Positions 10,996 to 20,463 of a DNA stretch of 64,000 nt are shown in pieces. Under the pieces are notes generated by a model that saw only the letters and a list, made by a program, of their open reading frames with translations, did no database searches and was not told the origin of the DNA. The DNA is taken from the NCBI GenBank assembly GCA_964531375.1, contig CAZHDO010000002.1, positions 21,469-85,468 of the forward strand. The letters are read 5' to 3'. Each line of letters begins with the position of its first letter. Within the stretch, counting starts at the first letter, position 1. This DNA comes from an uncultured Candidatus Saccharibacteria bacterium (GTDB lineage: Bacteria; Patescibacteriota; Minisyncoccia; Phycocordibacterales; UBA12445). A program made the translations under genes and the position numbers.

Positions 10996-11400
10996 ATGAA
11001 TTTAGGAAATATTAAAATTTCACCTATAGATATCGAGGAGAGGAAGAAATTCAACGGCAGAGCCGGCGATACTGTTAGAGTTTCTGTTAAAATTAAAGAA
11101 GGAGATAAGGTAAGAACCCAGGATTTTGAGGGTATTATCCTTGCCAGAAAGCACGGAACAGAGCCAGGAGCCACATTTTCAGTAAGAAAGGTAGCTAGTG
11201 GAGTCGGAGTCGAGAGAATCTTCCCATTATACTCCCCAAGTATCGAAAAAATCGAAATCAAAAAGAGAGGAGGGGTTAGAAGATCAAAACTTTATTACAT
11301 CAGAGACAAAGCTTCTAAAGAAATAAGAAGAAAAATGAGAAGCGAAGTTGTTCACGAAGAAGCCCCATCAAAGAAAGAAACAGCAGCAGTAACAGAATAA
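10996..11400 (+). CDS. rplS: 50S ribosomal protein L19
   Basis: [20 protein letters not shown] and [10 protein letters not shown] motifs. Confidence 0.95.
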   Translation: MNLGNIKISPIDIEERKKFNGRAGDTVRVSVKIKEGDKVRTQDFEGIILARKHGTEPGATFSVRKVASGVGVERIFPLYSPSIEKIEIKKRGGVRRSKLYYIRDKASKEIRRKMRSEVVHEEAPSKKETAAVTE

Positions 11401-11432
11401 TTTTTAAAAAGACGGCGCAAGTCGTCTTTTTT
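11398..11432 (+). terminator. terminator hairpin, copy 1 of a direct repeat
   Basis: AAAAAGACGGCGCAAGTCGTCTTTTT; a near-copy lies at 12640-12674. Confidence 0.7.
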
Positions 11433-11466
11433 GCTACCGATTCTGAAAAGGGCTATAATTACAACG

Positions 11467-12642
11467 ATGGACCCAAATAAACCACAAATAAAAAAAATTA
11501 TAAACACATCGAACATAGATAAGTTTTCCTTAACACCTACAAATAGGCCAGTACCTGTTTTTGAAAAAGAAAAAACTTTAGCAGAAAAATTTATGGATCT
11601 CCGAGGCTTTACTGGTAAAAACTTAAACGACATAAATTTTAGTAATTTTTCCACAGAAGATCTAGAAACTTGCAGTTTTGACACACAAACTGTTTGGCCA
11701 AATAAATTACCTGACAGTATCAAACCTAAAGATATTATAGAAAAAGGAAAAAATCCCGGACTTGGAATAAGAGAATTGCACGAGAGGGGTATTACTGGAA
11801 AGGGTGTAAATGTTGCCATCATTGACCAAAAACTTCTCACAGACCATGAGGAGTATAAAGACAATTTGGTATTTTACGAAGAAAATAAGAGTATGGAAAA
11901 CATAAGGCCAGAATTTCATGGAGTTGCAATGTCTAGTCTTCTTATTGGGAAAAATTGTGGTGTTGCGCCTGGTTCAAAACTTCATTATTTTGCAGCCGAA
12001 AACAGGCAAGGTGTAGGAAATTATTTAGAAAATTCCAGATTAGCTTTAGAAAAAATCATTAGCAAAAATGAAACCCTTCCAAAAAGAGAGAAGGTTAGGC
12101 TCGTAAGCATTTCAACTGCGTTACTTCAGAGACAAGATAAAGGTCAAAATTTGGAAGAAGAAAAGATTATGAAAGAGAGTATTATGAGGGCAGAAAATGC
12201 AGGAATAAATGTCATTTTTATGGGACATATAAAGGAAACGGACGGAGATTTTTATTTTGGCAAAGTAGGCAATAACACAGAGGACAAAAACGATACCGAT
12301 TGCTATGAAATCGACCTGTATTCAAAAGAAACAGGAGAAGAACCGACGACTGAACAAAAAGAACGAAACGTGTACATACCAACAGAATACAGAACAAAAG
12401 CATCTTTTACAGGAAAAAATGAGTATTGTTATAGCGGAAAGGGTGGAGGAAGTAGTGCTGCACCATACTTAGTTGGGGTTATGGCCCTAGCACTTCAGAT
12501 TAATCCCGATTTAAAGAAGAAAGAGATTCTTGAGAAAATTAAATTGACTAGTGTGACCAACAAAGCAGGCCTTAGGATAATTAATCCAAAAGGGTTAATT
12601 GAACTTCTTGAAGCAGAGAAAGGACAAAAGCAAACCAAGTAA
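11467..12642 (+). CDS. S8 (subtilisin-like) serine peptidase
   Basis: Triad motifs VAIID, HGVAMSS and GSSAAPY. Start moved to the ATG after the terminator. Confidence 0.8.
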   Translation: MDPNKPQIKKIINTSNIDKFSLTPTNRPVPVFEKEKTLAEKFMDLRGFTGKNLNDINFSNFSTEDLETCSFDTQTVWPNKLPDSIKPKDIIEKGKNPGLGIRELHERGITGKGVNVAIIDQKLLTDHEEYKDNLVFYEENKSMENIRPEFHGVAMSSLLIGKNCGVAPGSKLHYFAAENRQGVGNYLENSRLALEKIISKNETLPKREKVRLVSISTALLQRQDKGQNLEEEKIMKESIMRAENAGINVIFMGHIKETDGDFYFGKVGNNTEDKNDTDCYEIDLYSKETGEEPTTEQKERNVYIPTEYRTKASFTGKNEYCYSGKGGGSSAAPYLVGVMALALQINPDLKKKEILEKIKLTSVTNKAGLRIINPKGLIELLEAEKGQKQTK

Positions 12643-12674
12643 TTTTTAAAAAAGACGGCGCAAATCATCTTTTT
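12640..12674 (+). repeat. degenerate copy 2 of the rplS terminator
   Basis: TAATTTTTAAAAAAGACGGCGCAAATCATCTTTTT. Confidence 0.7.
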
Positions 12675-12836
12675 AATTATCCAGATTGGTATTCGCTACA
12701 ACCCTGAGGTACAATATACAAATAAGACCGCTGGGAAGAGTAGAAATCAAACGGTCTATAGAAGTTATTAGCCTGTCTAGAAAACGCTTGAAAAATGAAA
12801 GGATATTGAGTATTATGGGGCATAAGTCGTAAATAT

Positions 12837-12920
12837 GCGCGGGTGGCGAAACTGGTAGACGCACTACCTTGAGGTGGTAGCGCCCTTACGGGTATGGAAG
12901 TTCAAATCTTCTCCCGCGCA
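12837..12920 (+). tRNA. tRNA-Leu(GAG)
   Basis: GCGCGGG/CCCGCGC acceptor stem, CTACC-TTGAGGT-GGTAG anticodon arm, long variable arm, GTTCAAAT T-loop. Confidence 0.93.
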
Positions 12921-13174
12921 CAAAATAACCATCCAGAAGCGAAAGCTTTTGGTGGTTTTATTTTATAGACGCCGGGAAGATTTGAAAGACGGAAGTGGGC
13001 CCCTTTCTGCAAAAAAGGGAGCTGAGTCGCGATAGCAAACGGCGAAGAACCTTCTTGAGAATTTTTCAGAGCAAGGTGAATGAAAAAGTCAAAGGTGTAC
13101 TGAACCTGTAAGGTTTGAGAGTACTTAGTGCTCGCAAATTGCGAAGCAATTGAGAACACTTAGTAACTCGTGAC

Positions 13175-13195
13175 CAAATCTTCTCCCGCGCACAA
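13175..13195 (+). repeat. 21-bp direct repeat of the tRNA-Leu 3' end
   Basis: CAAATCTTCTCCCGCGCACAA, identical to 12903-12923. Confidence 0.85.
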
Positions 13196-13270
13196 CATAA
13201 AAACACATCAACTGATATTTTGATGTGTTTTTGCATTTTAACAAACATTTTACCGTGCTATTATAGAAAT

Positions 13271-13819
13271 ATGCTTTATACAGGAAATGGGGACAATGGT
13301 TACTCAAAACTATTTGGATGCGAACAAGAGATTGGAAAGGATTCTGAAATTTTTGAAATTTTGGGGATTTTTGACGAATTAAATTCTTTTTTGGGTATAT
13401 GCAAGGTAAAAGCTAATAACCATAAAATTAGCAAAGAACAAACATTTAGCGAAATATTAGAAGAAATACAGCAAAATCTTTTTATTATTCAAGCCAACTT
13501 AGCTGGTGCAAATAAAGTATTTGGTTTAGAAAAAACCATTAAAACAGAAGAGATAATAAATGAAATAGAAAAAGAACTACCAAAAATAAGGAGTTTTTGT
13601 GTTTCGGGAGGAAATGAGCTTTCAACCTACCTAGATTTCGCAAGGACAATCGCCAGAAAAGCTGAAAGGGGATTTGTAAAAATACAAACAATCAAAGCCG
13701 TATTTAATAATGAAAATATTGCCCCATTTTTAAACCGACTTTCCAGCCTCTTGTATGCTTTGTCAAGATTTGCTAATCTCAAGTCTGGGTTTAAAGAGAT
13801 AAACCCAACATATAAATAG
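13271..13819 (+). CDS. cob(I)alamin adenosyltransferase, PduO type
   Basis: YTGNGDNG, DELNS, ARTIARKAER and LNRLSS motifs. Confidence 0.85.
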   Translation: MLYTGNGDNGYSKLFGCEQEIGKDSEIFEILGIFDELNSFLGICKVKANNHKISKEQTFSEILEEIQQNLFIIQANLAGANKVFGLEKTIKTEEIINEIEKELPKIRSFCVSGGNELSTYLDFARTIARKAERGFVKIQTIKAVFNNENIAPFLNRLSSLLYALSRFANLKSGFKEINPTYK

Positions 13820-13821
13820 AT

Positions 13822-13893
13822 GGTGGCCATGGTGTAGTGGTAACACAACAGTCTGTGGATCTGTTATCGCCGGTTCGAATCCGGCTGGTCACC
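13822..13893 (+). tRNA. tRNA-His(GTG)
   Basis: Encoded G-1, GTGGCCA/TGGTCAC acceptor stem, CTGTGGA anticodon loop, GGTTCGAATCC T-arm. Confidence 0.92.
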
Positions 13894-13929
13894 CAAATAA
13901 AAAATCCTTATATGCGGACTTTTTGATTA

Positions 13930-14034
13930 GGTGGCCAAAAAAGCAAACTTCTTTGCTTTCGCGCCGAGTTCGAAGCCGTTCTCCCATAAGATTTATATAA
14001 CAAAATTGTGTTAAATCTACGACACACTGGTCAC
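13930..14034 (+). repeat. post-tRNA element: split inverted copy of tRNA 3' half with hairpin module
   Basis: GGTGGCCA + AAAAAGCAAACTTCTTTGCTTTCGC + GCCGAGTTCGAA, with a distal CTGGTCAC. Confidence 0.6.
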
Positions 14035-14112
14035 TCCAACGGGAATTGAACAAAACAATTAGACAATGAATCTAAAATGATAAATAATCATACTTAATAT
14101 ATAATTTGGTTT

Positions 14113-14733
14113 ATGCTTAAAATAAATAACTTACCCACACCAAAACTGTCTCAAGAGGAAATAATTCATAAAAAAATATCTGTAATCGAAAAAATTCCCA
14201 CCGGGGTTGGTCCAAGGGCTAATGCCATTTTAGTTTTACTTGGCGAAAAACCTGCCGTTGAAATGTATATCCCAGACAAAGAACACGCAGAAAAAGCTGT
14301 TAAAGACTTAAAAGATATTGGACTTTTTGCTGAAATCAGTAAAAAGCCAAGAGTGGGGTTTGACCCGGAAAGCGCAGATGTGCTTATCGCGCGCACTCAA
14401 GAAATTTTGGATGAGTTAAAACAGATTCATCCAAATAAACACCACAGAAGATATGGTGAGTTAATGGGGTATCCACAAACAGCAATCGATGCTTTTCTCG
14501 GAGAGAATGGTGCCGAGATATTACCTGCGGAGGAGCAGGATAAAATGCTAGGTGACATTCCGACTATCTTTAATGGGACTTTTGTTTTTTCCAAAGACCA
14601 CAAAGATGAAGAGTTGGCAGTGGTAAAACACAGAACCAAGCTAATAGCACAAAAAGCCCCAGAACTTTTTTACGACTCGTTCGGAAAAGAGGGTGCTGAT
14701 AAACTTTTAAGTTATATTTTGAATTATTATTAA
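14113..14733 (+). CDS. hypothetical protein
   Basis: 206 aa ORF containing YGELMGYP..AIDAF. Confidence 0.65.
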   Translation: MLKINNLPTPKLSQEEIIHKKISVIEKIPTGVGPRANAILVLLGEKPAVEMYIPDKEHAEKAVKDLKDIGLFAEISKKPRVGFDPESADVLIARTQEILDELKQIHPNKHHRRYGELMGYPQTAIDAFLGENGAEILPAEEQDKMLGDIPTIFNGTFVFSKDHKDEELAVVKHRTKLIAQKAPELFYDSFGKEGADKLLSYILNYY

Positions 14734-14741
14734 ATTTGTTT

Positions 14742-15260
14742 ATGAAAATTTTAGGAATAATCAGAGAAACTGATATTTTTCCGGGCCAGCCTCCTACTCC
14801 GGAAGAACAATTGGGAAAATTAAGACAAACAGTAAGAATTGTTTTGTTTGATAAATATGGGAAAATTGCTATGGGTTGTTATCCTCCGTCACCTCACAAT
14901 GAAATGAAAGGTTCCCATGGCTTGCCAGGCGGAGGGGTAGAGGAGGGGGAATCTATAATAAAGGCTCTTTTTCGAGAAAGTTCTGAAGAAACTGGCTGTC
15001 TTGTAAAAAATGTTAGAGAGTTGGGAATAATTAAGGAATTTGGCGTTGGGAAAAAAATAAAACATAATCAAGATACGCATTGTTTTATGGCTGAAGTTGA
15101 TGGAGAGAAGGGTATTCCGAAATTTACGGAAAGAGAAACTGAAGACGGTCTTGAAATACGCTGGGTAACGATTGAAGATGCTTTGAAATTTATAAATGAT
15201 AAAAATTTGTGTGTTGAAAAAATTAGGGAGTTGATTTGTTTAAAAGAGGTAGAAAATTAA
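14742..15260 (+). CDS. NUDIX hydrolase
   Basis: Nudix box PGGGVEEGESIIKALFRESSEETG. Confidence 0.88.
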   Translation: MKILGIIRETDIFPGQPPTPEEQLGKLRQTVRIVLFDKYGKIAMGCYPPSPHNEMKGSHGLPGGGVEEGESIIKALFRESSEETGCLVKNVRELGIIKEFGVGKKIKHNQDTHCFMAEVDGEKGIPKFTERETEDGLEIRWVTIEDALKFINDKNLCVEKIRELICLKEVEN

Positions 15261-15265
15261 AAAAA

Positions 15266-15826
15266 ATGACAAATAAAAGAATTACACTCAAGCCACTTTC
15301 AGTAGACGATGCGAGGCTAATTTATGACAATAGAGAATATATAGTCTCTTATTACAATGGTGGCATAAGTAAAAAAGAATTCGATAATTGGAATTACGAA
15401 AACGAACTAGAATCTATTAAAAATGATATTGAGGAAATAAAAGCGGGAAAGATGGCTAGTTTTACAATATTTAATGAAAACAAAGAATATATTGGTAAGT
15501 GTATGTTAAACAAAATTAAAAAAAGAAACGAAAACGCGAGTATTTCAGTTTCCATAAAAGAGCGCTTCTGGGGAAAGGGTTATGCGACAGAAGTCGTTCA
15601 GGCACTAATGAAATTAGCCTTTGAAGAATACAAGCTACACAGACTTGAATATACTTATTACTCAATAAACGAAAGATCAAAAAAACTTGCAGAAAAGCTT
15701 GGTTTTAAATTTGAAGGCATAAAGAGAGAATCAAAGAAAATTGGCGATAATTTTACGATATCATATTTCACAGTATGCTGGCCCAAGAATACCAACAAAA
15801 TAGTATTGACAAATAGGGTTATTTAA
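15266..15826 (+). CDS. GNAT acetyltransferase (RimJ/RimL-like), apparently frameshifted near the C-terminus
   Basis: FWGKGYATE, LHRL and NERSKKLAEKLGFKFEG motifs; the expected C-terminus lies in another frame. Confidence 0.8.
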   Translation: MTNKRITLKPLSVDDARLIYDNREYIVSYYNGGISKKEFDNWNYENELESIKNDIEEIKAGKMASFTIFNENKEYIGKCMLNKIKKRNENASISVSIKERFWGKGYATEVVQALMKLAFEEYKLHRLEYTYYSINERSKKLAEKLGFKFEGIKRESKKIGDNFTISYFTVCWPKNTNKIVLTNRVI

Positions 15827-15875
15827 GTCAAAGTGGCAGACAAATAGTAAATTTACAAACAAAGGAGATTTACTT

Positions 15876-16202
15876 ATGAAAGGTGTTATCAAGGCGATGG
15901 TTAATGGTCAATGTGAGCTTTTTGTTCAACCAGACAATGGAGGAGATCCAGTAATCGTCCGTTGGGACGTTACAATAGAGGAGGAAGATGATTCTGAGGT
16001 GGATTTTATTTTTGACTCCGAAACGACCGACCCAGAAATAAAGAAAAACATCCTTTTTCCTCCCGACGATTGCGTTATTTGCTTTAAGGAAGACCGCATT
16101 CGTTACGAAAAAACGAACACTGGCGAGTATGCCCTAACCAGACTTCTCGTAAAAGAAGGCGACCCGCGCTCCGGTCTCGACAAGGTTGAAACAGAACCCT
16201 GA
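15876..16202 (+). CDS. acidic hypothetical protein
   Basis: AAGGAG RBS, TTGACA upstream, terminator downstream. Confidence 0.65.
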   Translation: MKGVIKAMVNGQCELFVQPDNGGDPVIVRWDVTIEEEDDSEVDFIFDSETTDPEIKKNILFPPDDCVICFKEDRIRYEKTNTGEYALTRLLVKEGDPRSGLDKVETEP

Positions 16203-16223
16203 CCTTCTTAACAGAGGACACAC

Positions 16224-16255
16224 GCACCCCGCTTACTGGGGTGCTTTTTTATTTT
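16224..16255 (+). terminator. intrinsic terminator
   Basis: GCACCCC-loop-GGGGTGC hairpin plus T-tract. Confidence 0.7.
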
Positions 16256-16323
16256 CCAAGTGTTCTAAAAATAAACAAAACGACTACCCAAAAAGTATCA
16301 GCTAAGTATGGTATAATTTTCCA

Positions 16324-17136
16324 ATGAAACTCGAAACAATCAATGTCGACTACCATTTTCACCCCAACCTTCCCAAGAACGATAAAAAAGCAATTAAAAA
16401 GATCAAAAAAATCTATGATAAATTTCAAAGAGCCAATATCAATGCAGTAATTGTAACAGAACATATATACAAAGATTACGTGCGTTCTTGGAATTTAATG
16501 AAAGAGCATAAACCAGAAAATTTCTTTATATTTCCTGGAATAGAATATGTCACCAGTGAGAACCTCGATATTATTATATTTTCAAAAGACGAAGAGATAT
16601 TTAATCTAAACCTCAAGCCCTTTAAAATTAGTTATGAAGAAACCGTAAAACTCATTAAAAATAACGATAAACTATTTGGCTTTATTACACACCCACTCAC
16701 ACTTGGCTGGACGAGTATAATTAATAAAAAAGGTCTACCTTTCGAAAAAAAGATGGCCAACGAGTTAAAATCCATAGAAAAAAAATATATTGTGTATTCG
16801 AAATTAAAAAAATTCTTAAATATTCCAATATTAAAAAACATTTTCCACAATACCTTATTAAAAATCAAAAGAGGAGAGAATCTTCCTTCGGCGTATTATC
16901 CCACAGATGTAAGATTTTTTGCAACAGGCTCTGATGCCCACAATACATGGGAAATTGGCAATTATGCAGAAGTAAAAATACAAAAAGGAGATATTTTTTA
17001 TTCTATTATTAATAATGAATATCTGAAAACACATTACAAACCCGACAGAACTAACATAATTCAAGACATTAAAAGCCTATCTACTGTATTTTTCGAGTGG
17101 TGCGCAAAGAGATACTACCTTTTTACTAACAAATAA
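16324..17136 (+). CDS. PHP-domain metallophosphoesterase
   Basis: DYHFH, VTEH, PGIE, THP and GSDAH motifs. Confidence 0.8.
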   Translation: MKLETINVDYHFHPNLPKNDKKAIKKIKKIYDKFQRANINAVIVTEHIYKDYVRSWNLMKEHKPENFFIFPGIEYVTSENLDIIIFSKDEEIFNLNLKPFKISYEETVKLIKNNDKLFGFITHPLTLGWTSIINKKGLPFEKKMANELKSIEKKYIVYSKLKKFLNIPILKNIFHNTLLKIKRGENLPSAYYPTDVRFFATGSDAHNTWEIGNYAEVKIQKGDIFYSIINNEYLKTHYKPDRTNIIQDIKSLSTVFFEWCAKRYYLFTNK

Positions 17137-17851
17137 AAGAGTTTATTTTTTCTGCCAGTAATGAAGTGAATAATAAAGGAGGGGCACTGTGACCACCGTC
17201 TAATACAATTAACTGCTTTTCAGTCGCAGGAACGGCGTCTATAAAACCATCTATCGTCTTACGACTCACACGTTCGTCTCTGTGACCATAAAAAACAAGA
17301 AGTGGGTGGTTTATTCCCTTTGCAACTTTCAAGTGGTCAAAATTACTCACAATATCATCAATAACTGATGTTTTAACCTTGAAATATAGCGGTTTTATCG
17401 GAGAATAAACCGGCATAAAAAAGTACATATATTCTTTTTTCATTAAGTCAGACAAAGAAACATCTCCAAAATATGAAGATAGAGTTTCTTTAATTTCCAA
17501 TACAGGGGAAGACAGAGCAATACCATCAACAAACCGCTTATCCACCGATAAAGAAACAACCCCTCCAAAAGACTGGCTAAATAATATTATTTTCTTATTT
17601 GGGTATTTATTTTTGATTATATAAAGAATGGATTCTAGTTCTTTTTTCCCTTTAGACAGAGACATTTCTTGAAAATTCTTTTTAGCGAACCATCTAAATG
17701 AAAAATCCAAAGTCACTACGTGTAATCCAAGGTTGATTAACTTACGCCTAAGAATAAAATACTGAAAAGAGCCGCCCTTAAAAGAGGGAACACACACAAC
17801 TATCTTATTACAGCTAGCTGGATAATCGTTTATCCTAAAATCTTCATTCAT
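17126..17851 (-). CDS. alpha/beta hydrolase
   Basis: SQSFGG nucleophile elbow, GHRDERV and GGH. Confidence 0.75.
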   Translation of the reverse strand: MNEDFRINDYPASCNKIVVCVPSFKGGSFQYFILRRKLINLGLHVVTLDFSFRWFAKKNFQEMSLSKGKKELESILYIIKNKYPNKKIILFSQSFGGVVSLSVDKRFVDGIALSSPVLEIKETLSSYFGDVSLSDLMKKEYMYFFMPVYSPIKPLYFKVKTSVIDDIVSNFDHLKVAKGINHPLLVFYGHRDERVSRKTIDGFIDAVPATEKQLIVLDGGHSAPPLLFTSLLAEKINSFIC

Positions 17852-17994
17852 ATCTTAAAGAAAAAGGTTTAAATATTTTCATAAAACAAAACATGGTAAT
17901 ACAAAACTTATTTCATGAAAATAATTTTACCATTTTATCTTTCTTGACCAAAGTTATATAATACAAAAATTAATAGTATTAACCAAACAACAAT

Positions 17995-18330
17995 ATGTCA
18001 GAATTAGATGATGCAAGGCAGCGAGAGTTAGATGCTGAAAAAAAGCTTGAGGAAGCAAGAGAAGAAGCAAAAAGACCTGAACAAGAAGAAAAACAAAAAG
18101 CAGAAGAGGCGAGGATAAAAACAGAAAGACTTGCACAAGAAGCAGAGCAAGTGCGTATCGCAAAAGAAGCAGAAGACGCCCGCATTGCTGCAGAAAAAGC
18201 GACTGAAACCGCAAGGCTAGCGACAGAGCAGGCAGAAACACGCATAGCAAAAGAAGCAGAAGAGGCACGTGTAACAGCTGAAGAAGCAGAAAGGGCTCGT
18301 CTTGCGGCAGAACAAGCTGCTTCGGCGTAA
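17995..18330 (+). CDS. Ala/Glu/Arg-rich coiled-coil protein
   Basis: Repeated RIAKEAEEA-like units; TTGACC...TATAAT promoter-like sequence upstream and a terminator downstream. Confidence 0.6.
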   Translation: MSELDDARQRELDAEKKLEEAREEAKRPEQEEKQKAEEARIKTERLAQEAEQVRIAKEAEDARIAAEKATETARLATEQAETRIAKEAEEARVTAEEAERARLAAEQAASA

Positions 18331-18346
18331 TAAACGCTGAAAAACA

Positions 18347-18387
18347 AAAATAAAACCTTCACATTAATTTGTGGGGTTTTTATTTTG
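18347..18387 (+). terminator. intrinsic terminator
   Basis: AAAACCTTCACA/TGTGGGGTTTT hairpin. Confidence 0.55.
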
Positions 18388-18454
18388 ATAAAGATTCCGT
18401 TCTATAATTAACTGAAATTCGACCCACTATTTTCTCTATGTTATATTATCTAAC

Positions 18455-20437
18455 ATGAACAAAGCTGATGAATTAAATGATAAACAAAAAGAGGCGGTGG
18501 CGCATAAAGATGGGCCACTTTTAATTGTAGCGGGGGCGGGGGCGGGAAAAACAAAAACAGTAACACACAGAATCGCTCATCTTATAAAATCAGGTATTGA
18601 ACCAAAGAGAATTCTTGCTGTTACATTCACAAACAAGGCCGCAAAAGAGATGAATGACAGAGTAAGACTTCTTATCCAAGCTAATCCTTTTTCAACTCCA
18701 GCAGGTTTTCCTTTTATAAGCACGTTTCACTCGCTTGGGGTTCACATTCTTAAAGAAAATGCTGAAGCGCTTGGGCGAAGCAAATATTTTTCGATCTTAG
18801 ATAGTGACGAATCGTTCTCTTTTGTAAAAAAAGCAGCAAGAGACATTGGACTTGACCCAAAAACGGTGAATATTAAGGGTATTCGCAATACGATATCTTC
18901 AAACAAGAACAAAATGATTTCGATTTCCGAATACCAAGACCAACCTTCAAATTTCTTCAAAGATACAACACTCAAGGTTTGGAGGAAATATGAAGACTTA
19001 CTTAAAGACAGCGAGGCCTACGACTTCGACGATCTTATCTTAAAAACAGTCCTGCTTTTTAAAAGCAATAAAGAAATTTTAAATTATTACCAGACACTCT
19101 GGCAGTATATTCACATTGACGAGTATCAGGACACAAATATTGTACAGTACGAGCTTTCACGGTTACTCGCTGAAAAACACATGAACATTTGTGTTGTAGG
19201 AGACAGCGACCAAGCCATTTACAGCTGGAGGTCTGCTGATTTCAGAAATATCCTTAATTTTGAAGATAATTTCCCTGGCGCAAAGACGGTTTTACTGGAA
19301 GAAAACTACCGCTCTACCAAGAACATACTCGAGCTGGCAAACAAGGTTATTCAAAAAAACAAGCTTCGAAAGGAGAAAAACCTTTTCACAATGAATAAAG
19401 ATGGCGAGAAAGCGGTTCTTTACGAAGCGATAGATGAGGGTGACGAAGCGAACTTTGTCATCAAAAAAGTTAAAGACCTTGTGAACACACAAAAGGTTGA
19501 TCCGTCTCAAATAGCATTACTTTATCGTGCGAACTTCCAATCACGTGTTCTTGAAGAACATTTCATTAGAGCAGGACTTCCTTACCAAATACTCGGAACA
19601 AGATTCTATGAACGCAAGGAAATTAAGGACATAATTGCTTTTATAAAATTTGCGCTTAATCAGAAAGACAAAGAGGCCTTTGTTCGAATAATAAACGTAC
19701 CACCAAGGGGAATAGGTAAGGTTACTCTTGAAAAGATTCTCGCAAACAAAGAATCCGAGATACCACAGGGCACACGGGACAAAATCGCCGAATTTAAAAG
19801 AAAAATAGACAAAATCAAAGACGTTCTTTTTAAGGAAAAACTTTCTGAAGCTATTAAATTCATAGTTAAAGAAACAGGAATGGACGTTGCTTTTATGGAA
19901 GAAGGCAAGGAAGAGGGGGTTGATAGAATGGAAAACATCCGAGAATTGGCCAACATTACGACCAAATACGATATACTTTCAAAAGAAGAAGCGCTCGATA
20001 AGTTCCTTACCGACACCTCACTTATGTCTGACCAAGACGCAATAATGGATAAACAAGCAAAAAACGGAGTGCGATTAATGACAGTTCACGCCTCAAAAGG
20101 CCTTGAATTCAAATACGTTTTCATTGTTGGCCTAGAACAAGACCTGTTTCCACACAAAAGCTTTGGTGATGAGGAAGTCAGCGACCCAGAAGAGGAGAGA
20201 CGCTTATTCTATGTTGCGATCACAAGAGCCCGAGAAAAACTATTCCTTTCTTATGCGGTATCAAGAATGATTTTTGGCACCAGGCAAATGAATATGCCAT
20301 CAGAATTTCTATCTGACATAGATGAATCTCTCGTAAATGTCGAACAAAATCAGTCATTTTCTTCCGGATACAATGGCGGCAAATCAAAAAGCTATTACAA
20401 AGAAGAAGACGCCATAATTTGGGACTGTTTGGGGTAA
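18455..20437 (+). CDS. pcrA: ATP-dependent DNA helicase PcrA/UvrD
   Basis: AGAGAGKT, TFTNKAA, DEYQDTN, VGDSDQAIYSWR, ENYRST and EERRLFYVAITRA motifs. Confidence 0.93.
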   Translation: MNKADELNDKQKEAVAHKDGPLLIVAGAGAGKTKTVTHRIAHLIKSGIEPKRILAVTFTNKAAKEMNDRVRLLIQANPFSTPAGFPFISTFHSLGVHILKENAEALGRSKYFSILDSDESFSFVKKAARDIGLDPKTVNIKGIRNTISSNKNKMISISEYQDQPSNFFKDTTLKVWRKYEDLLKDSEAYDFDDLILKTVLLFKSNKEILNYYQTLWQYIHIDEYQDTNIVQYELSRLLAEKHMNICVVGDSDQAIYSWRSADFRNILNFEDNFPGAKTVLLEENYRSTKNILELANKVIQKNKLRKEKNLFTMNKDGEKAVLYEAIDEGDEANFVIKKVKDLVNTQKVDPSQIALLYRANFQSRVLEEHFIRAGLPYQILGTRFYERKEIKDIIAFIKFALNQKDKEAFVRIINVPPRGIGKVTLEKILANKESEIPQGTRDKIAEFKRKIDKIKDVLFKEKLSEAIKFIVKETGMDVAFMEEGKEEGVDRMENIRELANITTKYDILSKEEALDKFLTDTSLMSDQDAIMDKQAKNGVRLMTVHASKGLEFKYVFIVGLEQDLFPHKSFGDEEVSDPEEERRLFYVAITRAREKLFLSYAVSRMIFGTRQMNMPSEFLSDIDESLVNVEQNQSFSSGYNGGKSKSYYKEEDAIIWDCLG

Positions 20438-20463
20438 GTAGCAATATTAAATCATTAATTTTT

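Noticed and set aside
12903-13195. Prophage or ICE at tRNA-Leu
   Set aside because: Only ~250 bp lie between the repeats, with no integrase or phage genes; kept only as a small element.
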